A DNA stretch of 64,000 bases from Nitrosopumilus sp. (GCA_965205675.1 OZ242186.1:1408001-1472000), one strand, 5' to 3'; positions 21,338-31,506 are shown, counted from the stretch's first letter. The notes: generated by a model not told the origin, from the sequence alone. Made by a program: numbers and translations.

Positions 21338-22942
21338 TCACTTTTTTTTCTTTACACTCCTAGATCCAGATTTTGCAGAATCCATAATGTCTTTTTTTAT
21401 TTGTAATTCTCCTAAAATTTTCTCAAATTCTTGCTTGTCATTAACATCTCTCCATTCTTTTGACAGTTCATTACGTATCTTATCATAAATTTTTGAATGT
21501 CTGTTAGCTCCTTGTGATTTTAGTTCCAAATTCAATAAATTACTGACAAGTTTGAAAGGAATGCTTTGTGATGAACAAATGTCCTCTAGCAAGGATTGCT
21601 CTGTTTTGCCAAAGTTTCCTAATCCTGCTTTAACGGAATGAAGGTTTTTTCCAGTAATTCTATTGTAAATCTCATATGCAGATTCCTTCCAATCACCTTG
21701 TTCCATTCTCCAAATTTTCTGAATTTCATGTATTTCTTCCTCTAAGATTAACTCTAGGGCATTATCATTTTTTAATTTCTGAATCTTTACTTGGCCTACT
21801 AACAATTTCTCCAAATACTCTCGTCTAAACTTCATTGTATATGGGCCTGGGGTGTAACCATCACCATGTGATTTCAAATCGACTCTGCCAGAGCGTCTGA
21901 TTTTCTCTCTAAACTTATCCCATACGTCATATAGTGTAATTTTGCCTTCTTTTTCAGCTTCCTTTGGTTTTGTAAAAACAAGATCGCAAGTACTGCATGA
22001 ATATTGCTTCTCTCTTCTGTTAAATTGGATCACTGTATCGCATTTTTTACATACATATCCAAACTGTTCCTGTGTAATTTTTAGTTCTTCTCTCAACTCA
22101 GCTAGTATTTCCATCCATCCGTTTTTCTCATCAACATCTATCATGTTTGTAAGATAGTTTTGATTGTCAACTACAGTACAAGTCCAACAACCAAATCTTC
22201 CTCCTCCACATGATGGAGTGGTAGTATCAATAACTAGGGGGCACTCGCTTGCATTTGCATCTTGATACATTGCAAGCAAATCTCTATTTTCCTCCCTCCA
22301 TGGGTTTTTGTTTTGTAAAAGATAGTTCCATACATCCTCTGCTGATAAATCTTCAATAGGAGTAAAGACATAGGTTGAATCAAATTTAGAGTGTCTTGAA
22401 AGAGGACTATTTTCAATGCTGTACAAATTCATGACTCGTTCTCTTGCATTACTTTCATTTTTTCTCATTCCGAGAAGAACTATTGCTTCCCCGTGTTTTG
22501 ATACAGTCTCTTTGATGAATCTATCCGCATTTGATATTTTGAGCATATCTGTACACCATCTGAACAATGATGTTGGTGCAGGATATCCCAAGCCAAGCAG
22601 TCGAACCCAGAAAGTATCTGAAGTTGGTGGTCTTAGTAGATTTGTCTCAAGAGGCAGATTAATCTTCTTTGCTTCTTTTTCCATTTTGTCAAGATTTAGA
22701 GTAATTCTTTCAGCTATCTGAGGTGCTTCAACTAGAGTATTAGAAGAGATGACATAGATTTTCTTGGTTAATTTCTCTGGAGAAAGTCTTGATAATGCTG
22801 ACCATGTTAGTTGAACCATGCATGTAGAGTCTTTTCCTCCACTGAAACCAAGAATCCATGGGCGATTATCATTTTGGTAAACTGTTTGAATCTTCTTGAT
22901 TATCGCATCAAAACCACCTTTGGCTAGGATGGATTCGCTCAT
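21338..22942 (-). CDS. dndC: DNA phosphorothioation sulfurtransferase DndC (PAPS reductase family)
   Basis: PWILGFSGGKDS, GYPAP..FRWCT..LKI, ECPLVID..TPSCGGGRFGCWTCTVV, PGPY. Confidence 0.95.
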   Translation of the reverse strand: MSESILAKGGFDAIIKKIQTVYQNDNRPWILGFSGGKDSTCMVQLTWSALSRLSPEKLTKKIYVISSNTLVEAPQIAERITLNLDKMEKEAKKINLPLETNLLRPPTSDTFWVRLLGLGYPAPTSLFRWCTDMLKISNADRFIKETVSKHGEAIVLLGMRKNESNARERVMNLYSIENSPLSRHSKFDSTYVFTPIEDLSAEDVWNYLLQNKNPWREENRDLLAMYQDANASECPLVIDTTTPSCGGGRFGCWTCTVVDNQNYLTNMIDVDEKNGWMEILAELREELKITQEQFGYVCKKCDTVIQFNRREKQYSCSTCDLVFTKPKEAEKEGKITLYDVWDKFREKIRRSGRVDLKSHGDGYTPGPYTMKFRREYLEKLLVGQVKIQKLKNDNALELILEEEIHEIQKIWRMEQGDWKESAYEIYNRITGKNLHSVKAGLGNFGKTEQSLLEDICSSQSIPFKLVSNLLNLELKSQGANRHSKIYDKIRNELSKEWRDVNDKQEFEKILGELQIKKDIMDSAKSGSRSVKKKK

Positions 22943-24042
22943 AATTTAGCCTCAATTTTCTGTCTTTCTGCAGATAATGTAACGCCGCATTTAGTTAGTA
23001 TTAGATTGGCTGCCAGTTCAATGGCAATTGTTTGTTTTTGCATCTGTCCGTGTTTGATAATTCTTCCCTCCCATTCAGGAGAATCTCTTGACCAGTCAAT
23101 TTTTTTCAGATTCCTTAATTTTAATTCCCATTCATCAGGATGGTCTTGGATGATTACTCTACCTGCAATTCCTAAAGCATTTAGTAAATTGGTGTGTGCG
23201 TTGACATAATTTTTTCTTACTTCATAAGGATGAACGTTTCCATTAAGTAGCAATTGCCATTCAGGAAGATTTTTTGAGACAGTTTCCCAAAATGTTTTAA
23301 TTGTTTTTTTATCTTTTGATGTTATCTTTTTTGTTTTACTCATACCCAACAATTTCAATGATGCATCAGATATTCCATTTAGTGTAAATGCTTTTGTAGA
23401 TCGATTAGAGATAGTAGTTTTTTCCAATTCAACTCTGTCTTTGAAAATATCAATTATTCCAGTCAATCCCACAATGAATTGATAAAAATCATCTCTATGA
23501 TCATACAAGATATTCAAAGACTTTGTTGGTTTGACTACGTTTTTATTCAAATCTGAAAACATTTGCTGACTTCGCTCTAATCCGTCATCTCTGAAAAACA
23601 CTACTGATATCATTTCACGGCTTAGTTCTGGTTTTTCTTTGAGGGCTTCTTCAATTGCTTTTCTTCTGTGCTGTCCGTCGTTGATCAAAAGTTTTGCATC
23701 CATGTTGATGTAAAGACGTCCAAGTTTGGCATTCTCTCCTAGCGAAGGAGAAGGAAAAAATTTCATCATTCCATCAACTGATGCTGTAAGAGATGAGAAA
23801 ATATAATTATCTGGATTGTTTAAGATGTAATCTTTAATTGCAGGAATTCTTGATTCACGTAAAGTCCTTTGGGCCTTTAATTTTGGTGGCAAATCAAATT
23901 CATTAAAGATGAATAATTTTGGGATGATTTTGAGCGGGCACATTGCAACATAGAATTCACGACCTGCTTGGATGCCTCTGATTGCATCAAATCCATAGGT
24001 TTCATCCCCTACCTCTTTTTCCCCCAATCGGGCATTGGACAT
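22939..24042 (-). CDS. dndB: DNA sulfur modification regulator DndB
   Basis: AIRGIQAGREFY, AQRTL, INDGQHRR, QQMFSDLN. Confidence 0.93.
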   Translation of the reverse strand: MSNARLGEKEVGDETYGFDAIRGIQAGREFYVAMCPLKIIPKLFIFNEFDLPPKLKAQRTLRESRIPAIKDYILNNPDNYIFSSLTASVDGMMKFFPSPSLGENAKLGRLYINMDAKLLINDGQHRRKAIEEALKEKPELSREMISVVFFRDDGLERSQQMFSDLNKNVVKPTKSLNILYDHRDDFYQFIVGLTGIIDIFKDRVELEKTTISNRSTKAFTLNGISDASLKLLGMSKTKKITSKDKKTIKTFWETVSKNLPEWQLLLNGNVHPYEVRKNYVNAHTNLLNALGIAGRVIIQDHPDEWELKLRNLKKIDWSRDSPEWEGRIIKHGQMQKQTIAIELAANLILTKCGVTLSAERQKIEAKL

Positions 24043-24059
24043 TAATTATGCTAAGAAAA

Positions 24060-24084
24060 TGGAAGTATATTAAATATACTTCCA
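24060..24084. promoter_or_regulatory. Perfect 25-bp palindrome over the dndB promoter (candidate operator)
   Basis: TGGAAGTATATT-A-AATATACTTCCA, 18-42 bp upstream of the dndB ATG; contains TTTAATATA on the minus strand. Confidence 0.7.
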
Positions 24085-24110
24085 AATGAAAAAAATGTAC
24101 TTCTAAGTAT

Positions 24111-24278
24111 CTAGAACGATTTTTTTAATTTTTCTAGGTCTGATTTTGCTAATTTTACAGTGAAGACATTAGCATTTGGATATTTTGCACCTGCTGCTAG
24201 TGGATGAAAAACAACCTTGATCTTCCCATCTTCTTTTGTAATATCTACAGATCGACCACCAATAGTTTCCTTGACCAT
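24111..24278 (-). CDS. 55-aa hypothetical protein (below ORF-track cutoff)
   Basis: MVKETIGGRSVDITKEDGKIKVVFHPLAAGAKYPNANVFTVKLAKSDLEKLKKSF*; protein-like composition. Confidence 0.6.
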   Translation of the reverse strand: MVKETIGGRSVDITKEDGKIKVVFHPLAAGAKYPNANVFTVKLAKSDLEKLKKSF

Positions 24279-24497
24279 AACAAATTATCAAAGTGGAACT
24301 TTATAGTGGTTTTGATCTGACAGGTTTGGGGGTTTGTTATCCTCAGCATACTCATTGATGAGTTTAGTGTCAAGTTTTCAGCAGAACCATCAACGTATAC
24401 AATTTTTCATAATCTTGGAATAAAATTTAGATAGTTCTGCTTCCAATTCTTCTTCAAAAAATATCATTATTTCTTCATGTTGGGATTCCAAATATCT

Positions 24498-24729
24498 GAG
24501 ACTTGGGCATAATTAATTCTAATTTTTGAGTCAATTCTCAAATTATTCAAATCAAAAAAGCTAAGGATCTTACCATGTTTTGTTCATTGGAATGTCAAAA
24601 CAAATGAAAATCCCTAGCAAGATTCTATCAGAATCATTTCTTATTGGTGTGTTACATTTAGTGGGAATGTTGTCTTTGTATGAGGAAGTATTCAGATCTG
24701 GTAGACCATACGTGTATCCAACCATCCAG
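24498..24729 (+). mobile_element. Left-end remnant of an IS (IS4/IS5-like), also present at 55356
   Basis: ~230 bp similar to 55356-55579, starting GAGACTTGG(G)CATAATTAATTCT; encodes SESFLIGVLHL..GRPYVYPT, a transposase-like N-terminus. Confidence 0.65.
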
Positions 24730-25432
24730 AAGTGATAAAGTTGGTGAATTGAAGAACAAATATAATGAATTGCTTAGAGAATCAATTGAAGAAGTTAGAC
24801 TCGATACTAACACTCGTGTATTAACAGAAAATGAGATTAAACAATCAATACACTATATCGTTACTGAGGCAATTAAAGACGAGAAAGAAAAAGATAGAAT
24901 TTCAAAGTCTGAACAAGCTAACGATGAAACACTCTCAACTGATTATCTAGAAGCTTTAGGTATTCAATATGTTGATGCTACATGTCCTTCTACAACAAAC
25001 CCAACATACAAACAAGTATCAATTGACATAGATGGCGGCTCTTATGGAGGTAATACTTTTGGTGGAGACAATGATCTCTATCTAGTGTTATACTCTGATA
25101 ATGCATCCACTTGTGAAAGAACCTATACACTCTATTGGTATGATGAAGACCATCCAACTCTTGATTCCTATTATGATGGATTAAGACAAGCTTGGTATGG
25201 TAGAACTCATGATATAGAGACATTCACCATCAAAAACAATTCAACTATTGAATTTGATGGAACATGGAGTAATGGCCATAATTTCAATGATACATGTTGG
25301 CTAATTGCGGGATGCCATGACACTACAACTAAAACAGGGTCTGGCGGAAATGTCTATGTTTCAAACACTTGGAATCATATGATGGACACATCAGATACCA
25401 ATTCTTCACTAACCAAGGTCACTGTACCTTAG
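24680..25432 (+). pseudogene. Probable secreted Cys/Thr/Asp-rich protein whose N-terminus was replaced by the IS remnant
   Basis: First ~16 codons lie in the IS remnant; the rest is a charged linker plus extracellular-like domain, followed by a T-run. Confidence 0.55.
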
Positions 25433-25468
25433 TTATCTTTTTTTTATTAACGCATTAATGAGTTTATT

Positions 25469-25735
25469 ATGATTACTAAAAAGCAAATTATTACAAAATC
25501 GCTTGTTTTACTAGGTATTATATTTTCAATATTTACTCTAATACTACTCACCTCAAACAAAATCTACGCTTTAGGATTTGAGGTCCCTGATATGTTAATT
25601 GTAATTGGAATTGTTCTAGGAGTAATTGGCATTCCACTTTATGTTATAGATAAAAATCCTTTCAGATATGTTATTTTGAGCCCTCCTTTACTATTGTTTC
25701 TTTTGTTTCTTTTGAGAAGTGATCCTTTCAATTGA
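25469..25735 (+). CDS. Small 3-TM membrane protein
   Basis: 88 aa with three hydrophobic segments, directly downstream of 24680..25432. Confidence 0.65.
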   Translation: MITKKQIITKSLVLLGIIFSIFTLILLTSNKIYALGFEVPDMLIVIGIVLGVIGIPLYVIDKNPFRYVILSPPLLLFLLFLLRSDPFN

Positions 25736-25952
25736 TACAATAGATTATTGACATGATTTTTTTTAGAGAATATTCTCTAGATCTTCTTTTTTGGTCACAT
25801 CATCTTTATCTACAATTTCAATCGAGCCCTTGGACTCAATCATATATGACAGAGGATCTTCATCACAGCCATACACCTTGCAAATATCTGGTTTTTCGGA
25901 TTCTTTCATATTTTACATACAAGTATCTTTGTTAAATTTGTTATTACAAAAG

Positions 25953-26057
25953 GGAACTGGTAAGTTAACGAGGAGCTATTTTCTAGTGGTAAGTGTCGGG
26001 AGCTAATATTAAGGAACTGGTAAGTTTACGGTAGATAATTCCTCTTGGAAAGTATCG
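25953..26057 (+). repeat. Two tandem copies (60-bp period) of the bipartite motif GGAACTGSTAAGTTNNCG-N15..24-TGGWAAGTRTCG; third copy at 7183..7236
   Basis: Direct alignment of the three copies. Confidence 0.65.
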
Positions 26058-26071
26058 ATAGATAGGTGTTA

Positions 26072-27159
26072 TACCTCGGAGCATAATTCTTTGCAATTTT
26101 TCAAAACAAATAGCAATACTTTTTGATCAGTAGTTAGAAATAATTTCATGGACATCACAAATGACGAGTTACTCCAGGCCTACAAAAAAGAAAAAAATAT
26201 TCACAAAAAAACAAGATTACATGCAATGTGTAAGATTAAAATCAATGAATCCACAATTGCTGAAACTGCCAACCAAATGTTTTGTACATATAATTCTGTA
26301 AGGAATTAGATAGATTCATTTGAAAGATATGGATTGGGGGGCCTGGAGGACCCCCCACTCGTTCTGGCCGTCCGCCATTAATCTCACACAAAAAATTACA
26401 AAAAATAGAGCGTACATTTAAGAAAATTTCAGATGGAATGACTCCAAAAAAACTGATACAATTCATATTTTACAGAACACGCATTACATATCATATCACT
26501 CACGTGCGTCCTTTGATGCACAAATGGAATCTAAAACCAAAGGTTCCACAAAAGGTACATGTGCGAGCAGCATCCAAGGATACATGCCGCAAGTGGAAAA
26601 ACCGCATCATTTCACGCATAGAAAAGGCAAAAAAGAAAGGTTTTACAGTATTTATCCAAGACGAATCAGTATTTGTAGACGATGTACGTCTTGGTAAAAA
26701 ATACTGGACAGATGCACACCAACGAATGATTGTACGTTGGAGAGGATCACATCAAAGATTTTTGGTTTATGGAAATGATGATAATCAAAAAATTTTAGAT
26801 CGTATGAAAAATTTAATTCAATTGCATTTATGGATTATTTGGAGGCAGCTCGTAAAAAATTTGGAAAAATATTTGTTATCGTCGATAGAGCGCCACAACA
26901 CAAAGCTAATGATGTAAAAAAATATCTGCACAAAAACAAAGATGTCAAACTGGCATATCTTCTGAGAGGTTCTCCACATTTGAGTATGATTGAAGAGATT
27001 TGGAGACAGAGCAAACATGTTAATGTTGAATCAGAATTTTATGAATCTATTCATGAAATGAGGCATACAGTTATGGAATATTTTAGAACGCACAAATTTA
27101 ATTTGAATATGTATTATTTTGCAAGAACAGTAAATTGAAAAGACTTGTGATCTGGGGTA
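26072..27159 (+). mobile_element. IS630 copy 3, full length, pseudogenised
   Basis: Same termini as 3623..5793 with TA duplication; stop and frameshifts split the transposase. Confidence 0.9.
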
Positions 27160-27718
27160 TAGTTGGGGTGAATTTCTGTGTTGTGCCCTTGTGACCGGGT
27201 ATGCCACCACATTTTGATTTGCCAGAATCAGAATAATCTTTTTTGCAAATCTTTGTTTGATTCTACTAATTTCTCTATGATTGCTTTGAGTTGTCGTATC
27301 TCCTCTTGTAATTGTAAGATGATTTTCTCATTACCCCACTCTGACATGTATTGTAGAATAATCTAGTTGATCTTTGATTTTTTGTGTAATGGTATTGATT
27401 TATGTGTGAACCTTGATTCATACAACTAAAGCTCAAAAAACCAACAAAAACAGCTCCTGTGTGTCCAGCTTGCAATACAAAACTTTTCGATCTTGTACGC
27501 ATACAGGATAATTTTACTGATGATGCATGGAAACTTGTGAATCCTGAAAATCGCTTACGGTATTCTTTAAAATCTAAATTCGGGATTTCTCGAAAAAGAG
27601 TAACAAATGCAATTTTAGTAAAATAGTTTATTTGGTGATTGCAGTCAAAATTGAATGATCATTGTTTAAGGCAATTGAATGCCATTGTGTCTTCAATTGA
27701 CAATTACATTGATCAGAA

Positions 27719-28588
27719 TTAGACAATTTCCATGTATTTTTTGTTTGATTTGATATAATATTTCATGAACCATTTTAGAAAGTGAATCTCGTTTTCCTCT
27801 ACTTGTCCTTTTTCTAATGATTTGTAGTATCCCTCTCTATCAGAATATTTTATGTTAAGTGGCGGAAAATCATTATCTATTAATATGTAATTCATGATCA
27901 TTCTTGAAACTCTGCCATTTCCATCTCCAAATGGATGTATACTTACAAATCTAAAATGAATAATGCCAGCTAATTGGACTGGTTTGGTATTTTTTAATTC
28001 CCTGTATTCTTTTAGAAAATGTTTGATAAATCGGGGTACAAATTTCCAATGAGGAAATGTTGATTCGCTGTTTGTTACAAATACGGCATCTTTTCTATAT
28101 TTTCCTGCAAACTCTGGTTTTGTTTTATCAAACATTTCGTTGTGCCATGACAATATTGTCTTTTCAGTTAGTTTGGGCATTGATTCTAGCATTTGCAGAT
28201 ACACTTTGTGATGTTTTTTTGCCTCCATCATGTCATGTTCTGGTTTGTTACTTGGAGTTAATGAAAATCGGAGTAAGTCGAAAGTTTCTTTTTTTGTCAG
28301 TGTTGAGCCTTCAATTTTTTGGGAATCATGTGTAAATAACAAAGAAAATTCTTTTAGATGGTCTTCAATTGATGTTTTAGCCTGTGCAGAATACCCTTTC
28401 TTGATCTTCCTTAGATTTATTTCCCAATCCTCACACCATAATGATAACAAGAACTCTCTCTTGATTTTTTCAACATTTTTTGGTTTTATTTTGCCTAGAT
28501 ATTTTTCATGTTGAATTTTTCCTGTGTTGTGGATTAGATAATAGTAAGTGCTTTTTCCCTTCTTGCGGTTGATGATTGAAGCCATCAT
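27719..28588 (-). CDS. Fic family protein (class II, intramolecular inhibitory motif)
   Basis: Canonical HPFGDGNGRVSR and N-terminal SQKIEG, matching (S/T)xxxE(G/N). Confidence 0.9.
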   Translation of the reverse strand: MMASIINRKKGKSTYYYLIHNTGKIQHEKYLGKIKPKNVEKIKREFLLSLWCEDWEINLRKIKKGYSAQAKTSIEDHLKEFSLLFTHDSQKIEGSTLTKKETFDLLRFSLTPSNKPEHDMMEAKKHHKVYLQMLESMPKLTEKTILSWHNEMFDKTKPEFAGKYRKDAVFVTNSESTFPHWKFVPRFIKHFLKEYRELKNTKPVQLAGIIHFRFVSIHPFGDGNGRVSRMIMNYILIDNDFPPLNIKYSDREGYYKSLEKGQVEENEIHFLKWFMKYYIKSNKKYMEIV

Positions 28589-28729
28589 AGTATATCCAGT
28601 GTTTTATAATATAAGTATTAAAAAATCTTAAAACACTGTATAACTTTTATAATATGTATTTGTATGAAAATTATCGAAAAAGCCTCAACTAATTAACAGT
28701 GTAAAAGATCCTACTAGTTTTGACCAGTG

Positions 28730-29213
28730 CTTTGTTTCCCAACCCCAAATAACCATCAACACTCTTTGATGCTTTGAAATCATTTCTGATTCTATTGCAT
28801 TGCAATCATTTTATTGTACAGACAAACTTTCATTTTCAATTCATGAATCATGTTTTCTCTCTTGTGCGATGTCACATGCTCTCCAAACATTCTTTTGAAT
28901 ACAGAGAATACTCCCTCTACAATCCATCCATCCCCATAGCTTACGCTGAGCTTCCATAGATCCAAGTTATACAATTGTGCCAAAACAGACTTTCTCCGAG
29001 GATAACAATCAGTTACAACTGATGAGTTTTTTCTTGTTTTAATTGCAGGTAGAATATCATTATCATAATACAGATATGAAAAATTGTCCTTTGTATCATA
29101 TGCACCATCAGCCAAAGTTTTAGTGACATTGCCAAACTGTTTTGATTGCTCAACTAGCGATATGAAATGTTTTGAATCATGTGACTTGTCATCTGTAATA
29201 TCAATCCCTGTGA
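28730..29213 (-). mobile_element. IS5-family 3' fragment truncated by IS630
   Basis: IR CTTTGTTTCCCAA like the element at 16255; ORF 28792..29115 ADGAYD..IVEGVFSVFKR. Confidence 0.82.
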
Positions 29214-30366
29214 TAGTTAAGGCATTAAATATTTGAACACTTTAACAACTCGAACCGCTCCATTGTCTAGTCTCTTCTGCATGTGTTTTCTCATTTCAGT
29301 TCCATTTGCAAAGAATGTATTGGCATTACCATTTTTCTCTTCTCTCCACTGTATCTCAATTGGATTGAGTTCTGGAGTGTATGCAGGAAAATATCTAATT
29401 ATTACTTTATTTTTTGGTGCTTTGAGAAATTCTTTTACTCGGACACTTTTGTGGTATGATGCATTATCTGCAAACAGTAACAATTTCTTACCAAATTGTT
29501 TTTGCAGTGATTCTAAAAAATCAAGAAATGAGTCTGTGTTTGATTTATCATAGAACCTGCAAAAAAATACACCGTTATTGCCCAATGCACCAAATGATTG
29601 AAATTTTTCTCGAGTGTAATTAATTGGTGTGGTAATGTTATTGCCTGCAAGATACCATCCGCGCTTTATGTTGGGTGCTACTTTATTTGTTGACTCGTCC
29701 AGACATAGTGTGGTGTATCCCAATTTGGAATATTTTTTGATACTCCTTTTTGCGTTTTTTTAAAACGGGTTTGTTCCTCTTTTGAGGCTGATTTGTGATG
29801 AGTCTGTCTTGGTTTTTTAGATGAGAATCCGATTCTGTGCAGCAATTCACGCATTCCTCTTGCAGAGTATAGCGTGTTGTATTTTTTATTCACATGTGTA
29901 ATTACCATTCTTGTACTCCACATGAATTGATTGAATCCAAACTTTTCTGGACCTGAAATTAGATCACATTGATGCTCTTAATGACACTAGTTGTTTTTTA
30001 TTTAAGAAACATCTAGAGCCAGAATATTCCTTACGGTGTGATGCAGTTATTCCCTCTTTATCCATTCGATTTAGCCAGTAGGACAGAGTTGATGGTATGA
30101 CATCCAAACTGGCACATATCACAGAATACGGAATATCTTGTTTTCTTAGTATTGCAGCCTTTAATCTTATCTTTGCTTTTGCATTTTTTTCATTCTTGCA
30201 TGCTTTTCTCAAAAAATTAATGCTTGTTCCTTTCATGAAATGGCTTCCTGAAGATACCATTAATGCTTTAGTTTGTTTTGACATGATTCTGTAAGTATAA
30301 ACTATGATCTAGATCTTTTGGGTTAAAATAGTTGATAATTCGTTCAAAATTTATATGCCTAAACTA
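29214..30366 (-). mobile_element. Second IS630-family lineage; transposase in three pieces
   Basis: IRs TAGTT(A/T)AGGCAT; ORFs 29964..30284, 29678..29923 and 29217..29723 (LDES, DNASYH, PELNPIE); A-rich slippery tract near 29750. Confidence 0.88.
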
Positions 30367-30521
30367 TAACTGACGGTTTTCTTGCTCCAGCGAGTGACAT
30401 CTGTTACGATAATATTCCAGCTCATCATATACTGACAATTGTATATTGTAATTTGTCACTGATCAGAAAAGATATAGATAAAAAATATTAAAGAAAGTAC
30501 TTCAAAACTCTAGACAGTTAC
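30367..30521 (-). mobile_element. IS66 left-end fragment cut by IS630 at a TA
   Basis: Matches the reverse complement of ~40598-40752, including the IR. Confidence 0.88.
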
Positions 30522-30596
30522 CAATATTTTGGGTCTCGAAGATTACACAGAACCCAAAACAGAAATCTTTATCTCTAAAAAGCAATCAATATTTGT

Positions 30597-30812
30597 ATGA
30601 AACATGATTTGTCATTTCACATACGTAAAGAATCCAAAGGGTACAGTGCACAATGCATTGAATTTCCTTCAATTATTACCCAAGCAGATACAAAAAAAGA
30701 ATTACAAGAAAATATGACAGATGCTGCAAATGGATATTTTAAAGCGTTTCCAGAAGAATATCAAAAACTACATAACCAAAATTCAGGTAATGTGGTTAAA
30801 GTTACCATCTAA
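30597..30812 (+). CDS. hicB: HicB-family antitoxin
   Basis: GYSAQCIEFPSIITQADTKKELQENMTDAANGYF. Confidence 0.85.
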   Translation: MKHDLSFHIRKESKGYSAQCIEFPSIITQADTKKELQENMTDAANGYFKAFPEEYQKLHNQNSGNVVKVTI

Positions 30813-31014
30813 ACTACCTGTACTATCTTGGAGAGTCATCTTGAAAATTTTAAGGAAAAATGGGTTTATTCAATCAGGTCAAACTGGAAGCCATATTTTT
30901 ATGAGAAAAAATAATCTCAGAGTTACAATTCCTAGACATAAAGAAATCAAAAAAGGAACATTGCTATCAATAATTTATCAATCAGGATTAGCCAGAGAAT
31001 ATTTTATAAAATGA
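30790..31014 (+). CDS. hicA: HicA-family mRNA interferase toxin
   Basis: LPVLSW..ILRKNGF..QTGSHIFM..VTIPRHKEIKKGTLLSIIYQSGL. Confidence 0.88.
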   Translation: MWLKLPSKLPVLSWRVILKILRKNGFIQSGQTGSHIFMRKNNLRVTIPRHKEIKKGTLLSIIYQSGLAREYFIK

Positions 31015-31506
31015 TTCTCATGATGGTTCTATAATCTTTGAGACCTAAGATATTTTTTATTCTAATAAATTAATATTGATCTTGATGGTTGTTGTGATTC
31101 TATATTCTGCGTTTCAATCTAGGTAACAGCGGTGTACCTATAGTAACATGTACAAATTATGACAACAAAGTATTACTTCAACCATATCAGGTAATATTCA
31201 TAGTCATGAAATAATAACAACAAAGTCTTATTGCTACTTTACACGAAGATCCATACTTTGAGGTCTCATTATTTCTGGTCCTGAAAAGGTAGGGGATTAG
31301 GCGTAAAAGTCACAACTCTATCAAATGAAAAAAGCGAAACCATGAGATTACATTCATGATTGAATAGTTTTCAGGGTTTGAGAATTAATACGATAAGTAA
31401 AGTGTTAATTCAGAGGTTTAAAAAATAAAATTACTCAACAAAAATTAAAAAATAGCAAATTTTTATTCATACTTTGCCTTAACTGCATAGATCAAAACGA
31501 AGATTT

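Noticed and set aside
25953-26057. Mini-CRISPR reading of the bipartite motif
   Set aside because: Only two units, conserved blocks are short and degenerate, spacers are 14-16 bp; kept as a repeat of unknown function
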